The notes below the pieces were generated by a model. That model was not told the origin of the DNA. It did no database searches and worked only from the letters and a program-made list of their open reading frames with translations. Positions 10,087 through 20,924 of a DNA stretch of 64,000 nucleotides are shown piece after piece. This DNA is from Desulfobacteraceae bacterium UBA2156 (GTDB lineage Bacteria; Desulfobacterota; Desulfobacteria; Desulfobacterales; UBA2156). The translations under genes were made by a program, and so were the position numbers. Each line of letters begins with the position of its first letter. The stretch's first letter is position 1. The stretch spans positions 46,387-110,386 of the forward strand of contig DCWS01000029.1 of NCBI GenBank assembly GCA_002328165.1, read 5' to 3'.

Positions 10087-11025
10087 ATGAAAAAATATGA
10101 ATCTTCGAATTTCAAGTTCCGTTTTGAAGGTGAAAGACCGGATTCCATTTTTCAAGACCAGATAAGACAGCCCCGGGGGGAAATGGCGGGTCGACGAATG
10201 GTGATCTTTTCCATTTTCGCCCTCCTGATTGTGGGCGTTACAGTTGTCTTTGTATACATGGATATTAAAAAGAGATTTACAAGTCTGCAGGTCACAGGCA
10301 GCGCAGGCGTTGAAAATCTAATGAAAAGCCTCGATTCAAAGTTTTCTTCCCTTTCCATTCAACAGGCAAAATTTGAAGAGACCCTTACAAAACTAGATGG
10401 GTCATTGTCGAAAAAGGTTTCGAACGTTGAAAAAAGAATTTCCGGTTTGGAAAATAAGTTGAAGAAAACCGAAACGCTCGCAAGGGCAATTGGCAAATCA
10501 AAACTGGGCAGAAACGAACTTAAAACCGCCTTGAGTCGCATCGACAAAACAGTGGCGCCGATTCAGAAAACGCTGAAAAATATGACGGCTGATCTGGATA
10601 GTCTCGATAAAAATTTGATGGAAGAATTAGCAAGGATCGAAAAAGATGTAACCGAAAAATTGACAACGTTCTCCGGAGCTGCCGAGCAGTCAAAAGATCA
10701 ATTCCAAGAATTTAAGGCGAACCTGACCGCACTTTCCAAAAACATGGTAAGCCAAACTAAATTCGATCTGACACTGAAAACCGAACAGGAAACTTACCGG
10801 GACAATCTGAACAAAACCACCAGGGAACTTGGAAATAAAATCGATTCAATTCAAAAGCAACTGAAAGCCCTTGAAAAAAGCGCTTCCCGCCGCCCTGCAA
10901 AGATAAAACCGGTAAGAAAGGCGGCAGCGCCACCACCGTCAAATCCGACGGTTAAGAACAAATCGACAGACAAAGACCTCATCCTAAAACCGGGGGGCAA
11001 AATCATAGAGCAGGACATCAATTAA
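10087..11025 (+). CDS. Coiled-coil membrane-anchored protein, function unknown
   Basis: The ORF is 312 aa with one TM helix (MVIFSIFALLIVGVTVVFVY), a long heptad-like K/E/L-rich region and a Pro-rich tail. The start is uncertain; the alternative is MAGRR at about 10183. Confidence 0.5.
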   Translation: MKKYESSNFKFRFEGERPDSIFQDQIRQPRGEMAGRRMVIFSIFALLIVGVTVVFVYMDIKKRFTSLQVTGSAGVENLMKSLDSKFSSLSIQQAKFEETLTKLDGSLSKKVSNVEKRISGLENKLKKTETLARAIGKSKLGRNELKTALSRIDKTVAPIQKTLKNMTADLDSLDKNLMEELARIEKDVTEKLTTFSGAAEQSKDQFQEFKANLTALSKNMVSQTKFDLTLKTEQETYRDNLNKTTRELGNKIDSIQKQLKALEKSASRRPAKIKPVRKAAAPPPSNPTVKNKSTDKDLILKPGGKIIEQDIN

Positions 11026-11749
11026 GAACCTTTTCGACTCTGGCTATATCATTTGGAAAATCGACCTCCGGAGAATCATATTTGGTGATAATCACCTTAA
11101 TTCGATGACCGAATTCGATGGCCCGAAGCTGCTCCAATTTTTCGAGATTCTCGAGTTTTCCTTTCGGAAGACTTTGGAAGATCTCAAGAAATCGTTTTTT
11201 ATAAGCGTAAATCCCTAAATGCTTGTAAACCATGGGACACACGTCCGGATCGCGATGAAACGGTATCGGCGATCTGGAAAAATAAAGCGCAAAACCCTCG
11301 AAATCAAATGTTACCTTGACGTCTTTTGGATTGTTAATTTCATTGTCATCAAGCGTTCGGAAAGCAAGGGTGGCCATTTCGAAGCCGGAACCGGTATTAA
11401 AAGCGTCGATTAATTCGTCGATAGACCGGGGATCAAGTAAGGGCTGATCTCCTTGAATATTGACGACAATATCATCTGACACGAGCCCAATTTTTTCTGC
11501 AGCTTCCGCTACTCTGTCCGTACCGCTTCTGTTTTCAGAAGATGTCATCAATGCGTGGCCATCAAAACCGAGCACGGCATCAACAATCCGCTGGTCATCG
11601 GTGGCTACAAAAACATCTGTGATTTTTTCCGATTGTTTTGCTTTCTCATAGACCCGTTGAACCATCGATTTTCCGCCAATTCGGGCAAGCGGCTTGCCCT
11701 CAAAGCGGGTCGATCTGAACCTGGATGGTATAATAGCTACAACTTTCAT
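11018..11749 (-). CDS. kdsB: 3-deoxy-manno-octulosonate cytidylyltransferase (CMP-KDO synthetase)
   Basis: The 243-aa product MKVVAIIPSRFRSTRFEGKPLARIGGKSMVQRVYE..VNIQGDQPL.. shows the KdsB signature. Confidence 0.9.
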   Translation of the reverse strand: MKVVAIIPSRFRSTRFEGKPLARIGGKSMVQRVYEKAKQSEKITDVFVATDDQRIVDAVLGFDGHALMTSSENRSGTDRVAEAAEKIGLVSDDIVVNIQGDQPLLDPRSIDELIDAFNTGSGFEMATLAFRTLDDNEINNPKDVKVTFDFEGFALYFSRSPIPFHRDPDVCPMVYKHLGIYAYKKRFLEIFQSLPKGKLENLEKLEQLRAIEFGHRIKVIITKYDSPEVDFPNDIARVEKVLN

Positions 11750-11926
11750 ATGGCAAATTCAATTTTGGATTGACTATTTTGCCCAGGAATTTTATTTGAA
11801 TTGAGAATCTCGTAAGCAGCATGGAAGTCCCTACACCACGCTGTATAGAGTTTCAAACCGGTCCAGTGTCTGTGATGGACCATCATTAACCAATAGAGAA
11901 ACCAATGTAAAGGGGTAATATATTTT

Positions 11927-12682
11927 ATGAACTTAGAATCATTGCATGAGATCCTAGGCAAGGTAGCCATGGGAACCTCATCTGTCGAAGAGGCCGCAAA
12001 ACAACTCATACACCTCGGGTTTGAAGATATAGAGTATGCCCATATCGACCACCATCGTTCTTTGCGGAAGGGTTTTCCTGAAGTAATCTTTGGACAAGGT
12101 AAAACAGTGGAACAAATCATCGGGATCATGGAGAAAATGTTGCCACAGGAAGATATCGTTTTGGTCACCCGAATCGATCCATTAAATGCAAATAAAATTG
12201 TATCAACCATTTCCGGAACGGTCTATCACGAAGATGCCAAAATGCTTATTTGGGGGAAGAACAAGGTGCCCTCAAAAGACAAAAAGACGATACTTGTACT
12301 CTCGGCCGGTACATCGGACATACCGGTTGCAAAAGAGGCGTATCTTACCGCAAAGGCCATGGGAAACCCGGTGGAATCGGTTTTTGATGTGGGAGTCGCA
12401 GGCATCCACAGGCTCATGGATCATAAAGCACTGCTGGAGACGGCATCTGTTTTAATTGTCGTTGCAGGAATGGAGGGTGCCCTTCCCACCGCGGTAGCTG
12501 GAATGGTCACCTCCCCGGTCATCGCTGTTCCGACAAGTGTCGGCTACGGTGTCAGCCTGGGTGGTTTAACCGCTCTTTTCGCTATGTTAAACAGCTGCAG
12601 TTCAAATATTGCGGTGGTCAACATCGATAACGGATTTGGCGCCGGTTATATGGCGGCAATAATCAACAATGTTTCGTCCTAG
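11927..12682 (+). CDS. larB: Nickel-pincer cofactor biosynthesis protein LarB (AIR-carboxylase-like)
   Basis: The 251-aa product has an N-terminal helical region followed by HHRSLRKGFPEVIFGQGKT and a PurE-like domain (ILVLSAGTSDIPVAKEA..VVAGMEGALP). Confidence 0.85.
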   Translation: MNLESLHEILGKVAMGTSSVEEAAKQLIHLGFEDIEYAHIDHHRSLRKGFPEVIFGQGKTVEQIIGIMEKMLPQEDIVLVTRIDPLNANKIVSTISGTVYHEDAKMLIWGKNKVPSKDKKTILVLSAGTSDIPVAKEAYLTAKAMGNPVESVFDVGVAGIHRLMDHKALLETASVLIVVAGMEGALPTAVAGMVTSPVIAVPTSVGYGVSLGGLTALFAMLNSCSSNIAVVNIDNGFGAGYMAAIINNVSS

Positions 12683-12805
12683 TTGAAAAATATTAATATA
12701 TATATCCTTAAAGAATTACCAGATTCATTACAGTGTCGAAAGCAGAACCGCCACAAGCTTCAAACCATAACCAATTAGAATAGACCCCTCGGAACTCTTT
12801 TTTCT

Positions 12806-12834
12806 TTGAAACCCGGTAAGAGTTTTGCTATACT
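12806..12834 (+). promoter_or_regulatory. Sigma70-type promoter candidate for the activase gene
   Basis: TTGAAA (12806-12811), a 17-nt spacer, then TATACT (12829-12834), about 95 nt upstream of the ATG at 12931. Confidence 0.45.
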
Positions 12835-12930
12835 CGGTTTGTCTTAGCTTACGGTTTAAATACCGATTTTTATAACCTCGTAAGTCGAACCATTGTTATC
12901 CTTCCTCTAAAACAGGAAACTTCTCAAAAA

Positions 12931-15900
12931 ATGTCTGGTTTGATTCTCAGAAAATCAGGGAGGATGAGGGCGCTGGGTTTGTGCCTCGGCGCATCCTCTG
13001 TATCGGCTGTTGATCTTATTATGGATCTATCCGACAGCCATGGCGGAAAGATCGAACCCAATTCAAAAAATTCCCGTATTGCCAAATATGCCATTTATCC
13101 CCATGAAGGTAATCCAAAAAAAACCCTCCTGTCGGCCCTCAACGACTTTAAACTGGATTCACTGGATAGAATCGCTGTTACGGGCCGGCGTTTTAGAAAA
13201 TTTGTAAACCTTTCTTCAATACCCGAACCTGAATCAGTAGAGTACGCCTATCGATTTGTCAAACCGTCCGATGTTTCATGCCCGGTCCTTGTATCCGCCG
13301 GCGGTGAGACCTTCATGATTTATATCCTGGATCGTTTTGGCAAGATATGCAATGTGTTAACCGGGAACAAATGTGCCTCCGGAACCGGTGAATTCTTCCT
13401 TCAGCAGCTGCGAAGGATGGACGTATCCATGGAGGAGGCTGCCAGGTGGGCTGCAGCTGAAGAACCGTATCATGTTTCCGGGCGATGCTCTGTTTTCTGT
13501 AAATCCGATTGCACCCATGCGACCAATAAAGGGATTCCCCGTTCAAAGGTTACCGCCGGCCTCTGCAAAATGATGTCCGATAAAATTCTATCCCTGTTGA
13601 AAAAAGAGACAAAGCAGAATGTCATGATTACCGGTGGCACGGCGCGTAATAAAATGATGATCGAATACTTGGGTCGGGAAATTTCCGGTCTGATTGTTCC
13701 TGATGAAGCACCATATTTTGAAGCGCTGGGAGCGGCACTTTGGGCCCTAAACCATGAAACAGCTCCTTTTCCCGGCATTTCCAATCTGTTAAAGGAGAAT
13801 GTCGTTTCATTTGATACGCTTCCATTTCTCCAGAATTTTGAAGACAGGGTCGAATTCAAAACCATTGAGATGGGGGAAATTCAATCCGGCGAAGTGTGCA
13901 TCCTCGGCCTGGATGTCGGTTCGACCACCACAAAAGCGATTCTTCTTAAAAAAACGAACAACGCAATTCTTTCATCCGTTTATCTTCGCACTAACGGGGA
14001 TCCGGTGGGAGCCTCCCGGGAATGCTATCGCTCTTTGCTGAACCAGATAATAGAAAAAGTCAGCCCTTCGACCATCACCATAGAGGGATTGGGTATTTGT
14101 GGCTCCGGTCGTCAAATCGCCGGTCTCCATGCACTGACGGACGGCGTTATCAATGAAATCATCGCACATTCAACTGCTGCAGTATATTTTGATGAAAAGG
14201 TGGATACGTTATTTGAAATTGGGGGCCAGGATGCAAAATACACCTATATAACAAATGGCGTTCCTTCGGATTATGCGATGAACGAAGCATGTTCGGCGGG
14301 AACCGGATCATTTCTGGAAGAGTCGGCATATGAAACCCTTGGTATTAAAATGGAAGACATCGCAGCAGTGGCACTTAAAGGAAAAAACCCGCCCAATTTT
14401 AACGATCAATGTGCAGCATTTATCGCCTCCGACATCAAAAATGCCATTCACGAGGGAGGGAAACACGAGGATATTGTAGCCGGGTTGGTCTATTCGATCT
14501 GTATGAATTACACCAACCGGGTCAAAGGTAATCGACCGGCGGGTGAGAAGATCTTTATGCAGGGCGGTGTATGCTACAACAGAGCTGTACCATTGGCCAT
14601 GGCCGCCCTGCTGGGAAAACCGATTATCGTTCCACCGGAACCGGGTCTAATGGGTGCATACGGCGTTGCCCTTGAAGTAAAAAAAAGAATTGAAACAAAT
14701 TTATTGGAAAAAAAGCGTTTTGATCTGAAAACGCTGGCAAACAGAGAGATTGTTTATAAAAAGCCCTTCAGATGTAAAGGCGGCAAGGAGAGATGCGACA
14801 GGCGGTGTGAAATCGCCACAATCGAACTTGACAGGAAAAAATATACCTTTGGCGGGGCATGCAATCGATATTATAATTTGCTTCACAACATAAAATATAA
14901 CGTGGAAAAATTAGACCTCGTCCGCATTCGACAACACCTCATATTTGAAAAATACGGCGCCCCGCTTTCTGAAGAAAGCGAACAAAAAACCAACCGGCGC
15001 ATTGGGATCAATCGGAGTTTTCTTGTTAACAGCTATTTTCCGCTTTATTCCACGTTTTTCGCTGAACTGGGAATTCAACCGGTTATTCCTGATTTTCCCT
15101 CTCAAAAAGGTATTGATCAAAAGGATGCGGCGTTCTGCTTTCCAGGTGAGCTGTCCCACGGTTTTTTTGATTCTTTGATCAATATGAAAGATTCCCCTGA
15201 ATTCATATTTCTTCCCCACTTCAAGGCAGTTCCGATTTTGGACAAAAATTCTGCCTCCCAGGTCTGCCCTTTAATTCAGGGTGAAACATTTTATCTCCGG
15301 GCAACCTTCAAAGATAAGCTCAACGACCTTAGAAAAAAAGGAACCAAAATTTTAACGCCGCTGATCGATCTCACCAAGGGATTGGCCGAAGCCAGAAAAC
15401 CGCTTGTTGAAACCGCTGTTAGCATGGGGTTAAGTCTGGAATCGGCTGAAAAGGCCTTCAGAAAGGCGCTAATGAAACAAACGGACTGCTTTGCTGAGAT
15501 GAAGGCTCTCGGTAAAGCCGCCCTTGAAACACTTATTACCGATCCGGACAAAACTGCGGTGATCTTATTTTCTCGTCCCTACAACGGTTTTACCAATGAG
15601 GCCCATATGGGAATTCCCCACAAACTCGCGTCAAGGGGCGTTTTGGTATTGCCGTTGGATTTCCTCCCCGTCGATGATGAGATCTCAAGACGCCACATGT
15701 ACTGGGGGATGGGACAACTCATTTTAAAGGCCGCCAGATTCGTTAAAAAGCATCCCCAGCTCTTTGGAACCTATATCACCAATTTTTCCTGTGGCCCGGA
15801 TTCATTTATTCTTGGATACTTCAGGGATCTGATGGGTAAAAAACCGTCTCTCACCCTCGAACTGGACAGTTATACGGCAGATGCAGGCCTGGAGACCCGG

Positions 15901-17391
15901 ATTGAGGCATTCCTCGATATCGTTTCAGCTTATCGACAATTGTCGACCCAAAACCAGATCACTCAGAAAAAAAGAAAATTTTCTCCCGCCCGGGTGGTGT
16001 TTGGAAATGGTGTGCCCAAGGTGATCACTACCGCCGGCAAGACCCTGTCTATGACCGATCCCCGTGTCTCCCTTCTTTTTCCCTCGATGGGAGACCTTGC
16101 AACCGAGTCGATGGCGGCGATTTTTCGGGGAAGAGGGTTTAACGCAAAGGCACATCCACCGGCGGATGAAACAATATTAAAGCTGGGACGTGCCAATACA
16201 TCCTGCAAAGAATGTCTTCCGCTCATCCTAACCACCGGAACACTACTCAATTATATTCAGAATAAAAAACAGGAAGCGGAAGTTTTGGTTTACTTTATGC
16301 CGACCGGTTCCGGTCCGTGCCGGTTCGGCCAGTATTACATTTTTATGGAAGACCTGGTCCGAAAGCTCGGTATACCTGATGTCGCCCTGCTTGCCCTGAC
16401 GTCGGATAATTCCTACACCGGTTTGGGAAATGGCTTTCAGAAAAGAGGATGGTGGGCGATTATTATATCCGATGTTATGGAAGATATTCGATCCATGCTG
16501 CTGGCAAATTCAAAAGAGATTGGGACGGCAATGGATATATTCGATCGTGAGTGGCATCTGATACTGGGTGAACTGGAAAAAGGAGAATTCAATACACTGA
16601 ACAAGCAGCTGATACGAACCGCTCGGCATTTTCGCCAAATTCCATTGAAACGCCCATCCAATCAAGTACCGTTGATCTCCCTTGTCGGCGAGATATTTGT
16701 CCGGAGGGATCAATTGTCCCGCCAGTATCTGACCGAGACGCTTGCTGATAAAGGTTTTGCTACTATCTGTTCGCCAATTGCCGAATGGATGCTCTATTCC
16801 GACTATACACTCCAAAACGATCCGAGCAGTTACAAAATGTTAAAGAAGGAAAAACTGGGATTTTTGATCAAAAAAATATCGATGGCCCGGTTTGAAAAAA
16901 AGATCAAATCTTTACTTTCAATATCAGGTCTCGTTCACGCCACACCGGTCAACATCAAATCCATCATCGCCAATGCCGCACCCTACATAACATCGGATCT
17001 GGCCGGAGAAGCCATCCTCACCGTGGGGAGTGCCATGACCGAGATCGCGACCCAGGCCTGCGGAGTGATCTCCATCGGTCCCTTCGGCTGTATGCCAAAC
17101 CGATTGTCAGAGGCCCTATTAAATAATGCAATGACCCGTGAGGGAAAGCTGGGAACCGACCCGCGAAATAAAAGATTGAAAGCTGTCCTTACAGAAATGG
17201 ATGATCTCCCCTTCCTGGTGATTGAAAGCGACGGCTCCTCCTTTCCCCAGTTGATCACCGCCAAGCTGGAATCCTTCTGCCTTCGTGCGGGCCGATTGCA
17301 CCAGCAGATGATGTCGTCTATCGACGCCATCCGCCCATCAAGTGCAGGTGCAGATGGAAAATCACCTGCCCGCCACCTTTTTCCACGTTAA
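12931..17391 (+). CDS. Giant CoA-substrate-specific enzyme activase family protein (tandem BcrAD/BadFG ATPase domains plus DUF2229-type region)
   Basis: The ORF is 1486 aa with two acetate/sugar-kinase-fold ATPase modules (LGLCLGASSVSAV.. and ILGLDVGSTTTKAILL..GGQDAKY). The C-terminal half is Cys-rich, as in 2-hydroxyacyl-CoA-dehydratase-activator-related fusion proteins. Confidence 0.85.
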   Translation: MSGLILRKSGRMRALGLCLGASSVSAVDLIMDLSDSHGGKIEPNSKNSRIAKYAIYPHEGNPKKTLLSALNDFKLDSLDRIAVTGRRFRKFVNLSSIPEPESVEYAYRFVKPSDVSCPVLVSAGGETFMIYILDRFGKICNVLTGNKCASGTGEFFLQQLRRMDVSMEEAARWAAAEEPYHVSGRCSVFCKSDCTHATNKGIPRSKVTAGLCKMMSDKILSLLKKETKQNVMITGGTARNKMMIEYLGREISGLIVPDEAPYFEALGAALWALNHETAPFPGISNLLKENVVSFDTLPFLQNFEDRVEFKTIEMGEIQSGEVCILGLDVGSTTTKAILLKKTNNAILSSVYLRTNGDPVGASRECYRSLLNQIIEKVSPSTITIEGLGICGSGRQIAGLHALTDGVINEIIAHSTAAVYFDEKVDTLFEIGGQDAKYTYITNGVPSDYAMNEACSAGTGSFLEESAYETLGIKMEDIAAVALKGKNPPNFNDQCAAFIASDIKNAIHEGGKHEDIVAGLVYSICMNYTNRVKGNRPAGEKIFMQGGVCYNRAVPLAMAALLGKPIIVPPEPGLMGAYGVALEVKKRIETNLLEKKRFDLKTLANREIVYKKPFRCKGGKERCDRRCEIATIELDRKKYTFGGACNRYYNLLHNIKYNVEKLDLVRIRQHLIFEKYGAPLSEESEQKTNRRIGINRSFLVNSYFPLYSTFFAELGIQPVIPDFPSQKGIDQKDAAFCFPGELSHGFFDSLINMKDSPEFIFLPHFKAVPILDKNSASQVCPLIQGETFYLRATFKDKLNDLRKKGTKILTPLIDLTKGLAEARKPLVETAVSMGLSLESAEKAFRKALMKQTDCFAEMKALGKAALETLITDPDKTAVILFSRPYNGFTNEAHMGIPHKLASRGVLVLPLDFLPVDDEISRRHMYWGMGQLILKAARFVKKHPQLFGTYITNFSCGPDSFILGYFRDLMGKKPSLTLELDSYTADAGLETRIEAFLDIVSAYRQLSTQNQITQKKRKFSPARVVFGNGVPKVITTAGKTLSMTDPRVSLLFPSMGDLATESMAAIFRGRGFNAKAHPPADETILKLGRANTSCKECLPLILTTGTLLNYIQNKKQEAEVLVYFMPTGSGPCRFGQYYIFMEDLVRKLGIPDVALLALTSDNSYTGLGNGFQKRGWWAIIISDVMEDIRSMLLANSKEIGTAMDIFDREWHLILGELEKGEFNTLNKQLIRTARHFRQIPLKRPSNQVPLISLVGEIFVRRDQLSRQYLTETLADKGFATICSPIAEWMLYSDYTLQNDPSSYKMLKKEKLGFLIKKISMARFEKKIKSLLSISGLVHATPVNIKSIIANAAPYITSDLAGEAILTVGSAMTEIATQACGVISIGPFGCMPNRLSEALLNNAMTREGKLGTDPRNKRLKAVLTEMDDLPFLVIESDGSSFPQLITAKLESFCLRAGRLHQQMMSSIDAIRPSSAGADGKSPARHLFPR

Positions 17392-17650
17392 AAAGGAGTT
17401 TGAATCCGGACCTGGAAATGCCCGTTTTTACTGCCATCATCTTAGCAATATCGATTGTATCTAAAACTATCGATTTGTCATCCTCCCCAAAGTCATTGAT
17501 GCTCCGTATATGTTTTTTAGGGACGATTAACAAATGAATCGGTGCACGCGGATGGATATCTTTAAAAACCACCACCGTATCATCTTCATATAGGAATTCA
17601 CTCGGAAGTTTTCGATTGATAATATTGCAAAAGATGCATTCTTTTTCCAT
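17318..17650 (-). CDS. HIT (histidine triad) family protein
   Basis: The 110-aa product has CIFCNII..., PRAPIHLLIVPKKH and the histidine triad HLHLHLMGG. Confidence 0.88.
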   Translation of the reverse strand: MEKECIFCNIINRKLPSEFLYEDDTVVVFKDIHPRAPIHLLIVPKKHIRSINDFGEDDKSIVLDTIDIAKMMAVKTGISRSGFKLLFNVEKGGGQVIFHLHLHLMGGWRR

Positions 17651-17683
17651 GGGACAGTACCCTCCTCTTTTTACCCCCTTTTG

Positions 17684-18367
17684 TTATCTGCTTGCCCACT
17701 TTCTCTTTAAATCTGGTACGTTAAGGGATTGTTTCAGCTGATCCAAAAAGAGATCTCTCGGGATCTTTCTGGCGCCGAAACGAATCATGTGTTCGGTGGT
17801 CATCTGGCAGTCAATCATATCAAAAGATAAAGATTTTAAATATTCGGACAGAAAAACCAGGGCCACTTTCGAGGCATCGTTGACCCGTGTGAACATCGAT
17901 TCTCCAAAAAAACATTTACCCATTGAAACGCCATATAATCCGCCTGCCAACTCACGATGATGCCAGGCTTCAACTGAATGGGCAAAACCGGCTTCGTGTA
18001 ATTGACAATATGCCGCTTTCATCTTCTCGACAATCCAGGTCTCCTCACCCGCTTCCGATCGCACCCGTGCACACTCGGTTATAACTTCCTTAAACGCGGT
18101 ATCTATAGTCATCTGAAAAAAATTCTTTTTAAGCACTTTTCTCAGGCTCTTTGGAATTCGAAGTTCATCAGGGTAGAGAACAAGACGAGGATCAGGACAC
18201 CACCACATGATCGGTTCGCCATCTGAAAACCATGGGAATATGCCCATTCGGTACGCGAGGAGAAGCCGTTTCTGGCTAAGGTCGCCGCCAACGGCCAGCA
18301 GGCCATCTTTTCTGGCAAGATGGGGGGGAGGAAACGCTATTTTTTGGGATAATAGAAAGACCGGCAT
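17684..18367 (-). CDS. aat: Leucyl/phenylalanyl-tRNA--protein transferase
   Basis: The 227-aa product has LLLAYRMGIFPWF and WWCPDPRLVL. It directly abuts clpA, giving the N-degron pathway arrangement clpS-clpA-aat. Confidence 0.9.
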   Translation of the reverse strand: MPVFLLSQKIAFPPPHLARKDGLLAVGGDLSQKRLLLAYRMGIFPWFSDGEPIMWWCPDPRLVLYPDELRIPKSLRKVLKKNFFQMTIDTAFKEVITECARVRSEAGEETWIVEKMKAAYCQLHEAGFAHSVEAWHHRELAGGLYGVSMGKCFFGESMFTRVNDASKVALVFLSEYLKSLSFDMIDCQMTTEHMIRFGARKIPRDLFLDQLKQSLNVPDLKRKWASR

Positions 18368-20605
18368 TTAACCATAGTGGAAGGCTAAATCGTTATTTTT
18401 CAGATCAATGAATACTTTACCTCCTTTTTCAAGGCACCCGAATAGAATCTTATCTGAAAGGACATCCTTAATCTCTGTCTGGATGACCCTTGCCAGCGGC
18501 CTTGCGCCATAACGTGGATCATGCCCTTTTTCCGCCAGCCAGGTCCGCACGCGCTTGGCAATGTTGAGATACACCTTCTTGGGAGCAAGTTGTTCGTTCA
18601 CCTCATCCATAAATTTATCGACAACCTTCTCCATGATATTGACGGTCAACGAATTGAAATTTATGATTCCGTCTAACCGGTTTCTGAATTCTGGGCTAAA
18701 AAAGGCTTCGATGGCTTTTTTCCCTTTTGACCGGGTATCGGTTTTTTGATCCCCAAAACCGATGTTGAGGGTGCTCATCTCCCTTGCGCCGGCATTAGAG
18801 GTCATGATGATGATCACATTTCTGAAATCAGCCTTTTTACCGTTATTGTCCGTCAGGGTGGCATGGTCTAGAACCTGGAGCAAAATACTGTAGAGATCGG
18901 AATGGGCCTTTTCAATTTCATCAAGTAGGAGTACGCTGTGGGGGTGCTTTCGAATCCCATCTGTCAACAGTCCACCCTGGTCAAATCCGATGTAGCCTGG
19001 AGGAGCGCCGATCAGTCTGGCTACCGCATGCTTCTCCATGTATTCGCTCATATCGAAGCGCAAAAACTGAACCCCTAAATTCAAGGAGATCTGTCGTGCC
19101 ACTTCAGTTTTCCCAACACCGGTCGGCCCGCTGAATAAAAAGGATCCGATCGGTCTACCGGGTGTGCGCAGGCCGGCCCTTGATCGTTTTATAGAGGTCA
19201 CGATCGATCGGAGGGCATCATCTTGGCCGAAAACCTTCTGTTTGAGCCTGTCTTCGAGGGTTTCCAGTTTTTTCTTATCCGACGTGGATACGCTTACAGT
19301 GGGTATTCTTGCCATTTTTGCCACGATCTTTTCAATATCCGCCGGGTTGATCTTCTTCCTCATGGAGGAACCGGAAAGCCTTACAAAAGCACCCGCTTCA
19401 TCGATTACGTCAATTGCTTTGTCCGGGAGGAAGCGGTCATTGATATATTTTGCGGAAAGCTCAACCGCCGCCTTCAGGGCGGGATCGGTATAGACAATAC
19501 CGTGGTGTTCTTCATAACGGGTCCTCAGCCCTTTCAAGATCTGGATCGACCCTGAAATCGGAGGTTCAGCCAATTCGATCTTTTCAAACCGTCGGGACAT
19601 GGCCCGGTCTTTTTCAAAATGATTTTTATATTCCTCGTATGTTGTCGAACCGATACATCGAAGCTCGCCAGTTGCAAAAACAGGTTTCAGGATGTTTGAC
19701 GCATCCATGGATCCGCTGCTGGTTGCCCCTGCTCCGACAATGGTGTGAATTTCATCAATAAACAAAATCGCATGTCTTTCTTTTTTCAGCGCCACGATCA
19801 CCCCTTTGAGTCGCTGTTCAAAATCGCCGCGAAATTTGGTCCCTGCTAGGAGTGCGCCAAGATCGAGGGAATAAATGTGTACGTCTTTGAGCAGATCAGG
19901 TACATCACCTCGATAGATTTTTTGTACCAGACCTTCGGCCAAAGCGGTTTTCCCCACACCGGGATCTCCCACATAGATCGGGTTGTTTTTCCGCCTCCGG
20001 CAAAGAATCTGCATGGTACGTTCCAGTTCATTCTCTCGACCGATGAGGGGATCGAGTCTCCCTTGGGCAGCCTGCTGGATAAGATCAACGGTGAACAACT
20101 CGAGCGGATCTGTTTTTTTCCTCTTCTCCTCCTTGCCGCTTTTCGCGAATCTGCCGACCTCTTCCTGGGAAGGCTCTTTCGAAGTGCTGTAGGAAAGGTA
20201 ATTTAAGACATCAAGCCGTGTAATCCCCTCCTCCTTTAAAAAGTATGCGGCGTTTGAATCCTCCTCCTGGAAGATGGAGACCAGGATATCACCGACATCA
20301 ACTTCTTGCTTTTCAGCGGAACGGACGTGGTTCACCGCACGCTGGATCACCCGTTGAAAACTGATGGTCTGCTGGAGAATATATTCATCCCCTTCAAGGA
20401 TGACGTCCAGGCGTTCATCAAAAAAAATTTTCAAAATTTTTTCCAGGCTCTCTATATCTCCTCCGCAGCTCTCGATGATTTGCCTTCCAGCATTATCATG
20501 CAGAATGGCAAAGAGAATATGCTCTATGCAGACGTACTCATGTCGTCTTTTTTTGGCTTCATTCACCGCAAAGCCGAGGGCAACCGTAAGCTCTTTACTG
20601 ATCAT
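18368..20605 (-). CDS. clpA: ATP-dependent Clp protease ATP-binding subunit ClpA
   Basis: The 745-aa product has a Clp_N domain and two AAA+ modules with Walker A motifs GDPGVGKTALAEGL and GPTGVGKTEVARQ. Confidence 0.95.
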   Translation of the reverse strand: MISKELTVALGFAVNEAKKRRHEYVCIEHILFAILHDNAGRQIIESCGGDIESLEKILKIFFDERLDVILEGDEYILQQTISFQRVIQRAVNHVRSAEKQEVDVGDILVSIFQEEDSNAAYFLKEEGITRLDVLNYLSYSTSKEPSQEEVGRFAKSGKEEKRKKTDPLELFTVDLIQQAAQGRLDPLIGRENELERTMQILCRRRKNNPIYVGDPGVGKTALAEGLVQKIYRGDVPDLLKDVHIYSLDLGALLAGTKFRGDFEQRLKGVIVALKKERHAILFIDEIHTIVGAGATSSGSMDASNILKPVFATGELRCIGSTTYEEYKNHFEKDRAMSRRFEKIELAEPPISGSIQILKGLRTRYEEHHGIVYTDPALKAAVELSAKYINDRFLPDKAIDVIDEAGAFVRLSGSSMRKKINPADIEKIVAKMARIPTVSVSTSDKKKLETLEDRLKQKVFGQDDALRSIVTSIKRSRAGLRTPGRPIGSFLFSGPTGVGKTEVARQISLNLGVQFLRFDMSEYMEKHAVARLIGAPPGYIGFDQGGLLTDGIRKHPHSVLLLDEIEKAHSDLYSILLQVLDHATLTDNNGKKADFRNVIIIMTSNAGAREMSTLNIGFGDQKTDTRSKGKKAIEAFFSPEFRNRLDGIINFNSLTVNIMEKVVDKFMDEVNEQLAPKKVYLNIAKRVRTWLAEKGHDPRYGARPLARVIQTEIKDVLSDKILFGCLEKGGKVFIDLKNNDLAFHYG

Positions 20606-20609
20606 CTAT

Positions 20610-20924
20610 CTACTCTCTTTCCTTGGTACATTTTAGTGGGAAACCATGCTTCTGGGCTAAAGTATGGACCATATCCACCTTAGTTTCCGCAACTTCATGG
20701 GTATAGATCCCACAAAGACCGATTCCCTTCCGGTGGACATTCAGCATGATACCTGTTGAATCTTCCACCGATTTGTTAAAAACATGAACGAGTATTTCCA
20801 CCACAAATTCCATTGTCGTGTAGTCATCGTTGTGGAGAAACACCTTGTACATGGGAGGCTCTTTAAGCTCCTTCTCTGTCTTTACTAGGGTATCCCCTTC
20901 TGTTTCATGGTTGTAAGGAGCCAA
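20610..20924 (-). CDS. clpS: ClpS adaptor protein
   Basis: The 104-aa product contains PPMYKVFLHNDDYTTMEFVVEILVHVF, the ClpS core. It has a TTG start and lies 4 nt upstream of clpA. Confidence 0.9.
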   Translation of the reverse strand: MAPYNHETEGDTLVKTEKELKEPPMYKVFLHNDDYTTMEFVVEILVHVFNKSVEDSTGIMLNVHRKGIGLCGIYTHEVAETKVDMVHTLAQKHGFPLKCTKERE

